From positions 1 through 15,434 of the forward strand of contig JBAZYY010000019.1 in assembly GCA_041659065.1 (NCBI GenBank): a stretch of DNA of 15,434 nt, written 5' to 3'. This stretch comes from Parcubacteria group bacterium (GTDB taxonomy: Bacteria > Patescibacteriota > Minisyncoccia > Moranbacterales > UBA11712). A program made the translations under genes and the position numbers. A model generated the notes under the pieces. It searched no databases, was not told the origin of the DNA, and saw only the letters and a list, made by a program, of their open reading frames with translations. Every line of letters begins with the position of its first letter. Positions within the stretch are counted from its first letter, which is position 1. Below, one piece after another: positions 8,534 to 15,302 of this stretch.

Positions 8534-8573
8534 GCAAACATAACCGGAAAATTAAAATAAAAATAATTTAGAA

Positions 8574-8579
8574 TGGAGG
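8574..8579 (+). promoter_or_regulatory. Strong Shine-Dalgarno (GGAGGT) 8 nt upstream of the 8587 ATG
   Basis: The sequence is gaatGGAGGTgaatcaATG. It is the only strong SD among the five pilin-like genes. Confidence 0.7.
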
Positions 8580-8586
8580 TGAATCA

Positions 8587-8955
8587 ATGAAAAGAAGAAT
8601 AAAATTAGTGATTAGTAGCATCACGTCCGCGGTTCTCCTGGCGCCGGTAGTGACGATGGCGCAGCTCAAGCCGCCGACAACCGGCGAAACCGGTCTTCCG
8701 GCCGGATCCATATTTGATATTATTAAGAATGTCATGTTGTGGCTTTTGGGAATCCTGGGATTCGTGGCGGTTATCGGGTTTGTCATTAGTGGAATTATGT
8801 ATCTGGTTGCGGCCGGCGACGAAAAAAGACAAGAAACAGCAAAGCAGGCTATGTACTATTCGATTATCGGCGTTATCGTCGGACTGGTGGGCCTTGTGAT
8901 TCTCTACGCAGTTCAGAAGTTGCTTGGGGGGCAGAGTGGATCGACCACTTTCTAG
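8587..8955 (+). CDS. Minimal T4SS-pilin-like (TrbC/VirB2-like) protein; candidate major subunit
   Basis: 122 aa. Signal peptide is MKRRIKLVISSITSAVLLAPVVTMA, cleaved before Q. The two-TM hairpin is NVMLWLLGILGFVAVIGFVISGIMYLVAAGDEKRQETAKQAMYYSIIGVIVGLVGLVILYAV, with a positively charged cytoplasmic loop. It has a strong SD and its own downstream terminator. Confidence 0.85.
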   Translation: MKRRIKLVISSITSAVLLAPVVTMAQLKPPTTGETGLPAGSIFDIIKNVMLWLLGILGFVAVIGFVISGIMYLVAAGDEKRQETAKQAMYYSIIGVIVGLVGLVILYAVQKLLGGQSGSTTF

Positions 8956-8982
8956 CATTCGCGAAAAAATATTGTTTCTAAA

Positions 8983-9016
8983 ACGGTTCTCTTTCTAGGT
9001 GAGAGCCGTTTTTTTA
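8983..9016 (+). terminator. Rho-independent terminator after the minimal pilin gene
   Basis: The 9-bp stem acggttctc / gagagccgt contains one G·U pair and has a 9-nt loop. It is followed by tttttttattattttt. Confidence 0.7.
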
Positions 9017-9043
9017 TTATTTTTCAAAAAAACTATTGTATTG

Positions 9044-9049
9044 TATAAT
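9044..9049 (+). promoter_or_regulatory. Candidate -10 box (TATAAT preceded by TG) for the 9073 transcription unit
   Basis: The sequence ttgtattgTATAATttc lies just downstream of the terminator and ~25 nt before ATG 9073. No convincing -35 element. Confidence 0.3.
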
Positions 9050-9072
9050 TTCAGCTAAGGAATAGCTAATCA

Positions 9073-9546
9073 TTGTTTTCGATAAAAATGAAAAAAACAA
9101 ACGGAAAAATATTTTCAAAATTACTTAATCTTCCCCGATCCATCTCCCCCTCCCCCTCCCTTTCCCTTTCTCTATCTCTATCTCTATCTCTATATCTATA
9201 TCTCTCTCTATCCATATCTCTTTTCCTAGCATTTATATTTGCAGGAAATGCGAAAGCCCAATGGGTGCCGGCGAAGCACCTGTTGACTAATCTCCCCTAT
9301 AGCCCGATATATCTGATCATATACAACGTGATGAAGTGGGGCTTGGGAATCTTCAGTTTCATTGCTGTTATCAGCTTTGGCATTAGCGGGGTGATGTATC
9401 TGGTTGCGGCTGGGGACGAAAAAAGACAGGAAGGCGCCAAACGGGCTATGTACTATTCCATCATGGGGGTCATTGTGGGCTTGAGCGGGTTGGTTATTAT
9501 CTATGCCGCGATGAAGATGCTCGGAAACCAGACAACCCAATTCTAG
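9073..9546 (+). CDS. T4SS-pilin-like (TrbC/VirB2-like) protein with an unusually long, repeat-encoded signal peptide
   Basis: 157 aa; an alternative start is ATG 9088 (MKKTNGKIF...). The signal peptide ends ...FLAFIFAGNAKA|QWVPA, the same A|Q cleavage context as the 8587 gene. The core GIFSFIAVISFGISGVMYLVAAGDEKRQEGAKRAMYYSIMGVIVGLSGLVIIYAA is ~80% identical to the 8587 core. Confidence 0.75.
   Translation: MFSIKMKKTNGKIFSKLLNLPRSISPSPSLSLSLSLSLSLYLYLSLSISLFLAFIFAGNAKAQWVPAKHLLTNLPYSPIYLIIYNVMKWGLGIFSFIAVISFGISGVMYLVAAGDEKRQEGAKRAMYYSIMGVIVGLSGLVIIYAAMKMLGNQTTQF
9141..9220 (+). repeat. CT-rich microsatellite inside the 5' coding region of the 9073 gene. It combines ctcccc repeats, two C5 homopolymers, four perfect TCTCTA units and degenerate TATCTA/CT units.
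   Basis: The sequence is catctccccctccccctccctttccctttc(tctcta)x4 tatctatatctctctctatccatatctc. The TCTCTA units occupy 9169-9192. The region translates to SPSPSLSLSLSLSLSLYLYLSLSISL inside the signal peptide. Confidence 0.85.
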
Positions 9547-9581
9547 GTGGTATGAATAAATTTCAATAATCTAAATAAAAA

Positions 9582-10331
9582 ATGAAAAAAAAAGAAAAAA
9601 AATATATTATTGGATTCTCCGTCTTTTTATTGTTTTGCATGTTCGCGATTCAAGCTTTTGCCGATGAATACGGATCGGAATCCAGAAAAATATTGGACAA
9701 ACCGATACTTATTGCCGCCGTGGGAGACGATTGCAACACGTCTGCTGATTGTTCTTCGGGAATGTCATGCGTGCCTTGTGAGAGCGTCGGGGCAAAATGT
9801 CTGGGAAATGTTTGTTGGAATGGCAGTAATACGTCTGCAGCCGCTAGCTGTTCTGAAACTTGTTACCCCATAGCCTGCCCTGAGGGCACAAGCCAAATAT
9901 CAGGTACTTGTTCTGACCAGTATAAATGTTGCGGTGGATCTGCAACAAATTATGAAAATAGCGGTTCAGTTCCCGCGGGGACTTGGGGAACTAATGTTAA
10001 TACTCAGACGGGTGGTGTAAGTAGCGTTTCGGGCTACAGCGGTTCAGCTAGCGGAGTAATCCTTCCAACTTGGAGCGGTCTTCCCACTGGAACGGTTGAA
10101 GGGGTCATCTTTACTTTCTTAATGTGGCTCCTCAGTATTTTTGGCTTTATTGCCATTATCAGTTTTATCGTGAGCGGCGTGCAATATTTTCTGGCTTTTG
10201 GCGAAGAAAAAAATATGGAAAGAGCCAAGCGGAATATGGAGTATTCGATTATTGGGGTGGTCGTCGGCCTTATCGGAGTTATTATAATTTTCGCCGTGGA
10301 TTTCTTGTTGAGAGGCGTTCCGTTGTTCTAG
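9582..10331 (+). CDS. Secreted T4SS-pilin-like protein with an N-terminal 12-Cys domain ending in CCGG
   Basis: 249 aa. Signal peptide is MKKKEKKYIIGFSVFLLFCMFAIQAFA. The Cys-rich domain lies at about 9732-9935 (DDCNTSADCSSGMSCVPCESVGAKCLGNVCWNGS...CSDQYKCCGG). A G/S/T linker follows. The pilin module lies at about 10092-10328 (VIFTFLMWLLSIFGFIAIISFIVSGVQYFLAFGEEKNMERAKRNMEYSIIGVVVGLIGVIIIFAV). Confidence 0.75.
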   Translation: MKKKEKKYIIGFSVFLLFCMFAIQAFADEYGSESRKILDKPILIAAVGDDCNTSADCSSGMSCVPCESVGAKCLGNVCWNGSNTSAAASCSETCYPIACPEGTSQISGTCSDQYKCCGGSATNYENSGSVPAGTWGTNVNTQTGGVSSVSGYSGSASGVILPTWSGLPTGTVEGVIFTFLMWLLSIFGFIAIISFIVSGVQYFLAFGEEKNMERAKRNMEYSIIGVVVGLIGVIIIFAVDFLLRGVPLF

Positions 10332-10343
10332 CTTTATAAATTT

Positions 10344-10420
10344 CTTTATAAAAAAAGAAACCCCAGGAAGAGATGCGCACCGGTTGTGGCGCGCAGAGCT
10401 CTGCCTGGGGTTTTATCTTC
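10344..10420. terminator. Bidirectional intrinsic terminator between the convergent + pilin unit and the - SPFH unit
   Basis: A long GC-rich hairpin has outer stem ccccagg (10361-10367) / cctgggg (10404-10410) and internal gcgc pairings. It is flanked by an A-run (10351-10357) and a T-run (10411-10414). Confidence 0.6.
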
Positions 10421-10429
10421 CCAGCGAGG

Positions 10430-11449
10430 TTACCGCTGGTAAAGTGTGACCGGTCCCAAGGGGGCTGGAATTTTCCAGCCGTTGAGACCGCGAATCTCCA
10501 CTTTTACTGAGGTCACTTTTTTGAGCTGACCTTTTTTAATGGAGATTTGGCAGGCGCCGGGGAATGGCATCTGCACAGCCGAGTAGATCCGGCCGTTAAT
10601 CTTAACCTCAAACTTTCTGACAACCGAAGTTTGAGGAAGGACGAACTTCAACCATAGATCGCCGAAAGCCGGCGGCGGCTCGTCTAGATCAAGCTTATAG
10701 ACGATCCACTCCCCGGCCCTCTGGTACAAGATGGCGGAAGCATTAAACTTGTCCGATAGGGCCGGAGCCAATATGGCTCCGGTGACCTGGTTTCCGGTTG
10801 TGGCGAGGGTGTTTACCCAACGCCTGACCCCCGGAAATGCGGCGTAAGAGTACCAGATGACTAGGACTAGCACCACCAGCCAGAAGATTCTCCGTCCGGT
10901 GCTCATTGAAGTGCGGGCGGTAGATGTCGTGGCGGCTGTCCGAGGTGCGGTGATTGCGTACCAAATCCCTTGCAGGATCCGAAAAGCAATGTATACCGCC
11001 AGCAGAAGCAGTAAGCCCGTGATGATATCAGCCCAGTCAATCCCCGGGATCGGGGACGGCCCTAGCTTGGGAACTCCGGGGATAGCCGGGGTTCCACTAG
11101 TCGGAGGAGCCGTAGGTGTTGTGCCTGCTCCGTGACCAAAGATAGGAGGAATTCTCGGCGCCGGAGCAGATGGGGCAGTTGTGCCTCCGCAATTGCGGAT
11201 TTTGAGGATTAACCACAGCGCTGCTCCCACTGCCAGTCCATACACAGCATACCAGAAGTACTGTATGGCTTGAGCAGTTCTTGCTGCGAAAGTTGGTGCG
11301 GCGGGAGGTGCCGCAGGCGCTCCGCCGCCAGCAGGAGGAGGCGCGGGGACTGCTCCACCAGCAGGTGCGGCAGGAGGAGTTTGCTGTTGCCAGTAACGGT
11401 AGCCGAAGTATCCAGCGACCACTAATATCGCAAGAATAATCATGCCCAT
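10430..11449 (-). CDS. Pro/Ala/Gly-rich polytopic membrane protein (hypothetical). It is translationally coupled to the upstream SPFH gene.
   Basis: 339 aa with about 4 TM helices. Low-complexity PAAPAGGAVPAPPPAGGGAPAAPPAAP loops separate the helices, and there is a ~140-aa C-terminal soluble domain. Its start ATG (11447-11449) overlaps the SPFH stop TAA (11449-11451) as TAATG. Confidence 0.65.
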   Translation of the reverse strand: MGMIILAILVVAGYFGYRYWQQQTPPAAPAGGAVPAPPPAGGGAPAAPPAAPTFAARTAQAIQYFWYAVYGLAVGAALWLILKIRNCGGTTAPSAPAPRIPPIFGHGAGTTPTAPPTSGTPAIPGVPKLGPSPIPGIDWADIITGLLLLLAVYIAFRILQGIWYAITAPRTAATTSTARTSMSTGRRIFWLVVLVLVIWYSYAAFPGVRRWVNTLATTGNQVTGAILAPALSDKFNASAILYQRAGEWIVYKLDLDEPPPAFGDLWLKFVLPQTSVVRKFEVKINGRIYSAVQMPFPGACQISIKKGQLKKVTSVKVEIRGLNGWKIPAPLGPVTLYQR

Positions 11450-12531
11450 TAGGTTTTATCTCCCTTGTTTTTAAACCTATTCTCGATGGACTGAATGGCG
11501 CCTGCTAGGCCACCCAGTAAATCTCCACTTATAGCGTAGACATTTGCTCCAGTCTTTCCAAGGGTCTCGAGCCTTCGTTGGTCGAGGTAAAAGTTACGAG
11601 CCTCTTCCCATGATATGGGATGTCCGCTCTTTAGAGCTGATTCCATAATCGCCTCGATGGCCGCAGTCCAACCCTTGGCATCTGTAACATTTGCCGACAT
11701 TCTCTTGTCAGCTTGGAATTTTTGGAGGCGCGCTTTATCGCCTTCCTCACCGTAATCAAAGTCTGGCATGTAAAAATCCTTGACCATGGCTCCGGTTTTT
11801 TCCAATAGCTGATCGCAAAGTAAGCTCAAAGAGTTTGCCACGATATCGGGTCTCTTTGTGTCAGCTTCTTCGCTCCTTAGAGCTTGGAACTTCGGACGAA
11901 CCGAATTATCAAAGCTCTCTTCTAAGTGGCCTACAGGGTCGCGGTAGTTATAGACCCACTTGATTGGGTCAACTACTTCATACCAGATATGGCCTTCAAT
12001 CGTGACAGTCACATCCTGAAGCTCTAGTTTCTTCCGCAGTTCTTCCGTAAACAAGTCACGGCGAAGCCTAACCTGGTACGGAACTGTTGCTTTTACTTTA
12101 TCGATTATCCCAGGCAAACATAAAATCCGTGGACCCGGATAAGCAACTCTGCGGAAACGCCCGAAGGTTTCAATTACATCGACTTCTTTTTCAGGCTTTT
12201 GAACATAGCCATGGGCGATATAAAAGCCTGCCGCCAAAATTGAGCCCGCAATGCCAGCCGATGCCGCTTCGTCGAAATAGCTTCCAATTAGTCCGCCGAT
12301 TATTGCACCGGCAGAAACCAAAACGGAGAAAACGATCGTCGGTACCAACCGAATGATCCAATTCGCTCGCATCGAATTTTCTTCCTCTCCATCCGATTCT
12401 TCTTTTGGATGAATTTTTTTAAACTTTATTATGACAATCAATATGATTGCCAATGGGACTAGGATTAGTGACCAATCCCAGCTTTTAATCGTCCACCATA
12501 CACTTCGCATAAAATCAATCATTTCCCACAT
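11449..12531 (-). CDS. SPFH/band-7 (stomatin/HflC-like) membrane protein
   Basis: The track ORF starts at TTG 12555. I prefer ATG 12531, preceded by a strong SD AAGGGAG with a 6-nt spacer. It has an N-terminal TM. The domain VIETFGRFRRVAYPGPRILCLPGIIDKV...TKDnv-like...VTVTIEGHIWYEVVDPIKWVYNYRDP...RSEEADT fits the SPFH fold pattern. Confidence 0.75.
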   Translation of the reverse strand: MWEMIDFMRSVWWTIKSWDWSLILVPLAIILIVIIKFKKIHPKEESDGEEENSMRANWIIRLVPTIVFSVLVSAGAIIGGLIGSYFDEAASAGIAGSILAAGFYIAHGYVQKPEKEVDVIETFGRFRRVAYPGPRILCLPGIIDKVKATVPYQVRLRRDLFTEELRKKLELQDVTVTIEGHIWYEVVDPIKWVYNYRDPVGHLEESFDNSVRPKFQALRSEEADTKRPDIVANSLSLLCDQLLEKTGAMVKDFYMPDFDYGEEGDKARLQKFQADKRMSANVTDAKGWTAAIEAIMESALKSGHPISWEEARNFYLDQRRLETLGKTGANVYAISGDLLGGLAGAIQSIENRFKNKGDKT

Positions 12532-12889
12532 ACGAGTCTCCCTTATTTTGTCCAAAATTGGACTATAAAATTTTCAAGGTGCCCCCAGGGGCTTCCCTTT
12601 TTACCAAAATGCCCTGCGATGCCGACAATTCAGACATCATATTATTATATACCAAATATAAGTAATTGTCAATATGTACGAAGCAAGCCTTTTTTGCTAT
12701 GATTCACCCCGTACTGCGGATATAGCGAAACAGATTAAATAGAGCTTAAGAATGCCTAATAATTCTGTAATTCGCGTGAAACAAAGCATAGATTAGCAAT
12801 ACTTCAATTTATAGAATTTTTTGTCGGGGTGGTCCCGCACAAATGCTCCGCATTCTGCGGGATAAATTCCATGGCGATTTTTTAATACT

Positions 12890-12970
12890 GGGCGAGTGGT
12901 GAAATGGTATACACGCGTGCCTTAGGAGCACGTGGGGCAACCCGTGGAGGTTCGAATCCTCTCTCGCCCA
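12890..12970 (+). tRNA. tRNA-Leu (anticodon UAG), class II with a long variable arm; no encoded CCA
   Basis: Manual fold. Acceptor GGGCGAG/CTCGCCC plus discriminator A. D-arm GTG/CAC with GG in the loop. Anticodon stem CGTGC/GCACG with loop CTTAGGA (anticodon TAG). A 13-nt variable arm carries a GGG/CCC hairpin. T-arm GGAGG-TTCGAAT-CCTCT. Confidence 0.88.
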
Positions 12971-13086
12971 CAATTATCAAATGGAGGCTTTTACCCACCA
13001 AAGCTTTAGCGTCGGCGGGCGAGTCCTCTCCCCGGCACACTAATATTTAATGTTGGGGTTTCCCAACTTCAAATGTTTTAAGGAGT

Positions 13087-13797
13087 ATGGTAAAAATTGT
13101 TTTTCAAAATGAAGATTATATAGTTATCGAAAAACCGGCTGGACTGGCTGTCCATCCAGGAATCAATACCAACGAGCGAACTCTCGTTGATTTTTTATTG
13201 GAAAAGTTTCCTGAAATAAAATCTGTTGGGGATGCTCCCGAGCTAAGGCCTGGGATTGTTCATCGGCTGGATAAGGGAACATCCGGAGTTATGGTAGTCG
13301 CACGCAACCAAAAAACTTTTGAGTATCTCAAAGGACTGTTCAAGAATCGCAAAATTGAAAAAAAATATATTGCTTTAGTCCACGGGAAGCTTAAAGATAA
13401 AGAAGGGAAAATCGAAGGCGAAATGGGCCGGTCAAAAAAAGACTTTCGGAAACAATCTTTAGTCCGTGGAAAAGTCAAAGTGCGCAAGGAAAGATACTCG
13501 CTTACTTTCTATAAGGTTATTGGAGAGTCAGATAAATTTTCAGTTGTTGAAGTATACCCAAAAACTGGCCGCATGCATCAGATCCGAGTCCATATGCATT
13601 CCATCGGCCATCCGATTGTCGGTGACGAAAAATATACTTTCAAGGAATTCCTGCCTCGCCGGCAGGCGGGCAAGAAAGAAAATTATCCCCGGATGTTTTT
13701 ACACGCCGCTGAAATTACTTTTCAAAGTCAAAATGGAAAGCCGGAAAAATTCAAGAGCGCGCTGCCCAGGGAATTCGAAACTTCTCTCGAGAAATGA
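13087..13797 (+). CDS. RluA-family 23S/tRNA pseudouridine synthase
   Basis: 236 aa. Catalytic motif HRLDKGTSGVMVVA. The conserved GRMHQIRVH motif is present. The N-terminal YIVIEKPAGLAVHP matches the family. AGGAG lies upstream but only 1 nt from the ATG. Confidence 0.88.
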   Translation: MVKIVFQNEDYIVIEKPAGLAVHPGINTNERTLVDFLLEKFPEIKSVGDAPELRPGIVHRLDKGTSGVMVVARNQKTFEYLKGLFKNRKIEKKYIALVHGKLKDKEGKIEGEMGRSKKDFRKQSLVRGKVKVRKERYSLTFYKVIGESDKFSVVEVYPKTGRMHQIRVHMHSIGHPIVGDEKYTFKEFLPRRQAGKKENYPRMFLHAAEITFQSQNGKPEKFKSALPREFETSLEK

Positions 13798-13798
13798 A

Positions 13799-13822
13799 AA
13801 AATCCCCTGAAAGGGATTTTTT
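13799..13822 (+). terminator. Rho-independent terminator after the pseudouridine synthase gene
   Basis: The sequence aaaatccc-ctgaaa-gggatttttt gives an 8-bp A/U-flanked stem with a 6-nt loop and a T-run. Confidence 0.55.
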
Positions 13823-13905
13823 CAAACTACTGAGCCAAACTGTACAGGAAGTTAGAACTTATTTTATAAAACAGAAAACCCGCTAAGCAGGTTTCTGTTA
13901 GTGGG

Positions 13906-14460
13906 TTAAAGTGCGCACAAAATGGCAATAATCCCGTTCAGGATTATCGCGCTCCAGGGAACGAAAATATTGGCAAAGTCTCTTTTAGGAGCTCCGTAAA
14001 TGGCCAAAACGCACGCTCCAATACTCCAGAGCCAAACCCAGAGGGTTTCTCGCTGAGGAAAATTCCAGTAGTCGATAATCAGCGGAAGACACGAAACATA
14101 CATAGCAACCATATACGCCCAGATTGCTAGTCGTGCATTTAGACTCACCCAAAGCAGGATTGAGATAATACAAAGAATAAGCGAGACCGTTTCAGCGTCT
14201 CCCCAGCGCCAAGGGCTGCTCGAAATTATTGCCGCGACGATACAAGCAGCTGCGATTGTCCAGCCTATTTGGAGGTATGGTTTTCTGTTGCCGTCCTTAA
14301 AAACAAGAACGACGCCAATAATATCCAACAGAAAAATCATGAACCACGTTGCTACATTCTGCGGAATCCCATCGATATAAATAGTCCACGCAAAATATGT
14401 AGAAACGCAAAAACCAAGAACACCACTAAATACAACTGCGATGTTTCTTGCGGAATACAT
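13906..14460 (-). CDS. Hypothetical Trp-rich polytopic membrane protein (~6 TM)
   Basis: The track ORF runs to 14529. I prefer the internal ATG at 14460 (MYSARNIAVVF...) because a GGAGG SD sits 5 nt upstream (plus-strand cctcc at 14466-14470). A perfect 8-bp hairpin (aacagaaa/tttctgtt, 13870-13899) follows the stop. Confidence 0.6.
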   Translation of the reverse strand: MYSARNIAVVFSGVLGFCVSTYFAWTIYIDGIPQNVATWFMIFLLDIIGVVLVFKDGNRKPYLQIGWTIAAACIVAAIISSSPWRWGDAETVSLILCIISILLWVSLNARLAIWAYMVAMYVSCLPLIIDYWNFPQRETLWVWLWSIGACVLAIYGAPKRDFANIFVPWSAIILNGIIAILCAL

Positions 14461-14601
14461 AGCTGCCTCCGTATGGTTGAAATTTTTAAGGTAGAAAATA
14501 TTTAAATCCCCGACTAAATAAGATATCATATGAAAGCAGCTCTGTCAATCTCAGCTAACCTTAGTTCGATTCCCGCTACCAGTCGCCAAAAATAACTAAA
14601 A

Positions 14602-14630
14602 ACAAGGCTTTGAAAAGCCCTGTTTTTTCG
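14602..14630. terminator. Intrinsic terminator-like hairpin with T-runs on both strands; likely ends the minus-strand 14820-15236 transcript
   Basis: The stem acaaggctt / aagccctgt has one mismatch and a tgaa loop. It is followed by tttttt on the + strand and ttttagttatttt on the - strand. Confidence 0.5.
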
Positions 14631-14819
14631 TTGAGCTGGCTAGTTCACGCGGTTAGAACCGGGTTTAAAAATTGACTAGTTATTTTTCTTTACTGATAAC
14701 TCAATCCCAAAGCAATGTTTTCAGCACAAAAAGATAGACCCCGGCGGATAAATCCCACCGAGGTTTTATTGGTTGGTAACAATGACCGACTGCGACTATT
14801 GATAAAACGGTGCCCGATT

Positions 14820-15236
14820 TCAGAAACCGCTATTGTCGAACACGGCATTAACGAGACGAAGAGTTTCCCAACATATTGGATGCTGCAGCTTCTGCAGATC
14901 AACTGGTTCATAATGGGAGCATCCTGCGCATTTTTTCTTCATGTTCTCCATCATGATCTTCAGTACGATGTTAGCTCTCAACCGCTCAAGTATAGCCTGC
15001 GTCTTTTCCACATATTCATTCCACTCCTCAGATCTCAGACCGAATTTTTCCGCTGCTTTCCGGAGCTTTTTCCACAACTCATTGTAATCACCGAAAATGG
15101 AAGGGGTGGCCTCTTTAATCATGCGCCACATGTCTTCCTCTGGGATGCACTTTTGGCATTCAGGAGAGTAAGGGCACATTAATCCTCTCGCTTCTTCCGG
15201 GGAAACTTCCTTCAGGTCTTCCCCTTGTTTTGACAT
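14820..15236 (-). CDS. Hypothetical small cytoplasmic Cys-containing protein (C-x5-C-x2-C ... C-x2-C), directly downstream of the transposase fragment
   Basis: 138 aa with strong SD GAAGGAGAA 5 nt upstream of the ATG. Its balanced, charged composition contrasts with the antisense ORF 14715-15182, which looks like junk. Confidence 0.65.
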   Translation of the reverse strand: MSKQGEDLKEVSPEEARGLMCPYSPECQKCIPEEDMWRMIKEATPSIFGDYNELWKKLRKAAEKFGLRSEEWNEYVEKTQAILERLRANIVLKIMMENMKKKCAGCSHYEPVDLQKLQHPICWETLRLVNAVFDNSGF

Positions 15237-15302
15237 GCGATTCTCCTTCTGATGAAGTGTCGAAAAATAAATTATTTACAAGCAGCTAAATGAAGCGTAC
15301 CG

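Noticed and set aside
8553-8558. Possible -10 (taaaat) for a dedicated promoter of the minimal pilin gene
   Set aside because: There is no credible -35 element. The nearby tagaat at 8569-8574 abuts the SD. Co-transcription from upstream cannot be excluded.
9141-9220. CT-rich repeat considered as a possible CRISPR or minisatellite regulatory element
   Set aside because: There is no spacer/repeat periodicity of CRISPR size. The units are 6 nt and lie within an ORF that keeps frame and a plausible signal-peptide cleavage site. It is treated as an intragenic microsatellite instead.
7797-9873. Antisense and out-of-frame ORFs overlapping the pilin-like genes (7797-8024, 8050-8259, 8093-8506, 8206-8454, 8568-8786, 8605-8958, 8714-8899, 9226-9540, 9610-9873)
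   Set aside because: Each overlaps a gene whose product has a clear signal peptide and two-TM structure. The alternatives are R/H/C-rich junk with no start signals.
10743-11135. ORFs 10743-10964 (-) and 10857-11135 (+) inside the Pro/Ala-rich membrane protein gene
   Set aside because: These are GC-rich antisense or frame-shifted reading frames, typical of P/A/G-rich coding sequence. The long frame with the TAATG-coupled start is preferred.
12087-12356. Plus-strand ORF inside the SPFH gene
   Set aside because: It is antisense to a conserved-domain CDS and has no RBS.
12532-12555. TTG start at 12555 for the SPFH gene, as given in the ORF track
   Set aside because: An in-frame ATG at 12531 sits 6 nt downstream of a perfect AAGGGAG SD. 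The TTG has no RBS.
10430-12555. Possible horizontally acquired island, suggested by locally higher GC (up to ~70% in places) compared with the pilin region
   Set aside because: The GC rise tracks Pro/Ala/Gly codon content of the encoded low-complexity loops. Without genome-wide composition statistics this is not evidence of HGT.
14461-14529. Upstream ATG (14529) for the 13906 membrane protein
   Set aside because: The internal ATG at 14460 is preceded by GGAGG at optimal spacing. The upstream 23 codons lack an SD and add a non-hydrophobic extension.
14690-15182. ORFs 14715-15182 (+) and 14690-14911 (-)
   Set aside because: The + ORF is antisense to the SD-supported 14820-15236 gene, and its product is L/F/R-rich low complexity. 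The 14690-14911 ORF overlaps that gene's 3' end in another frame and has no start signal.
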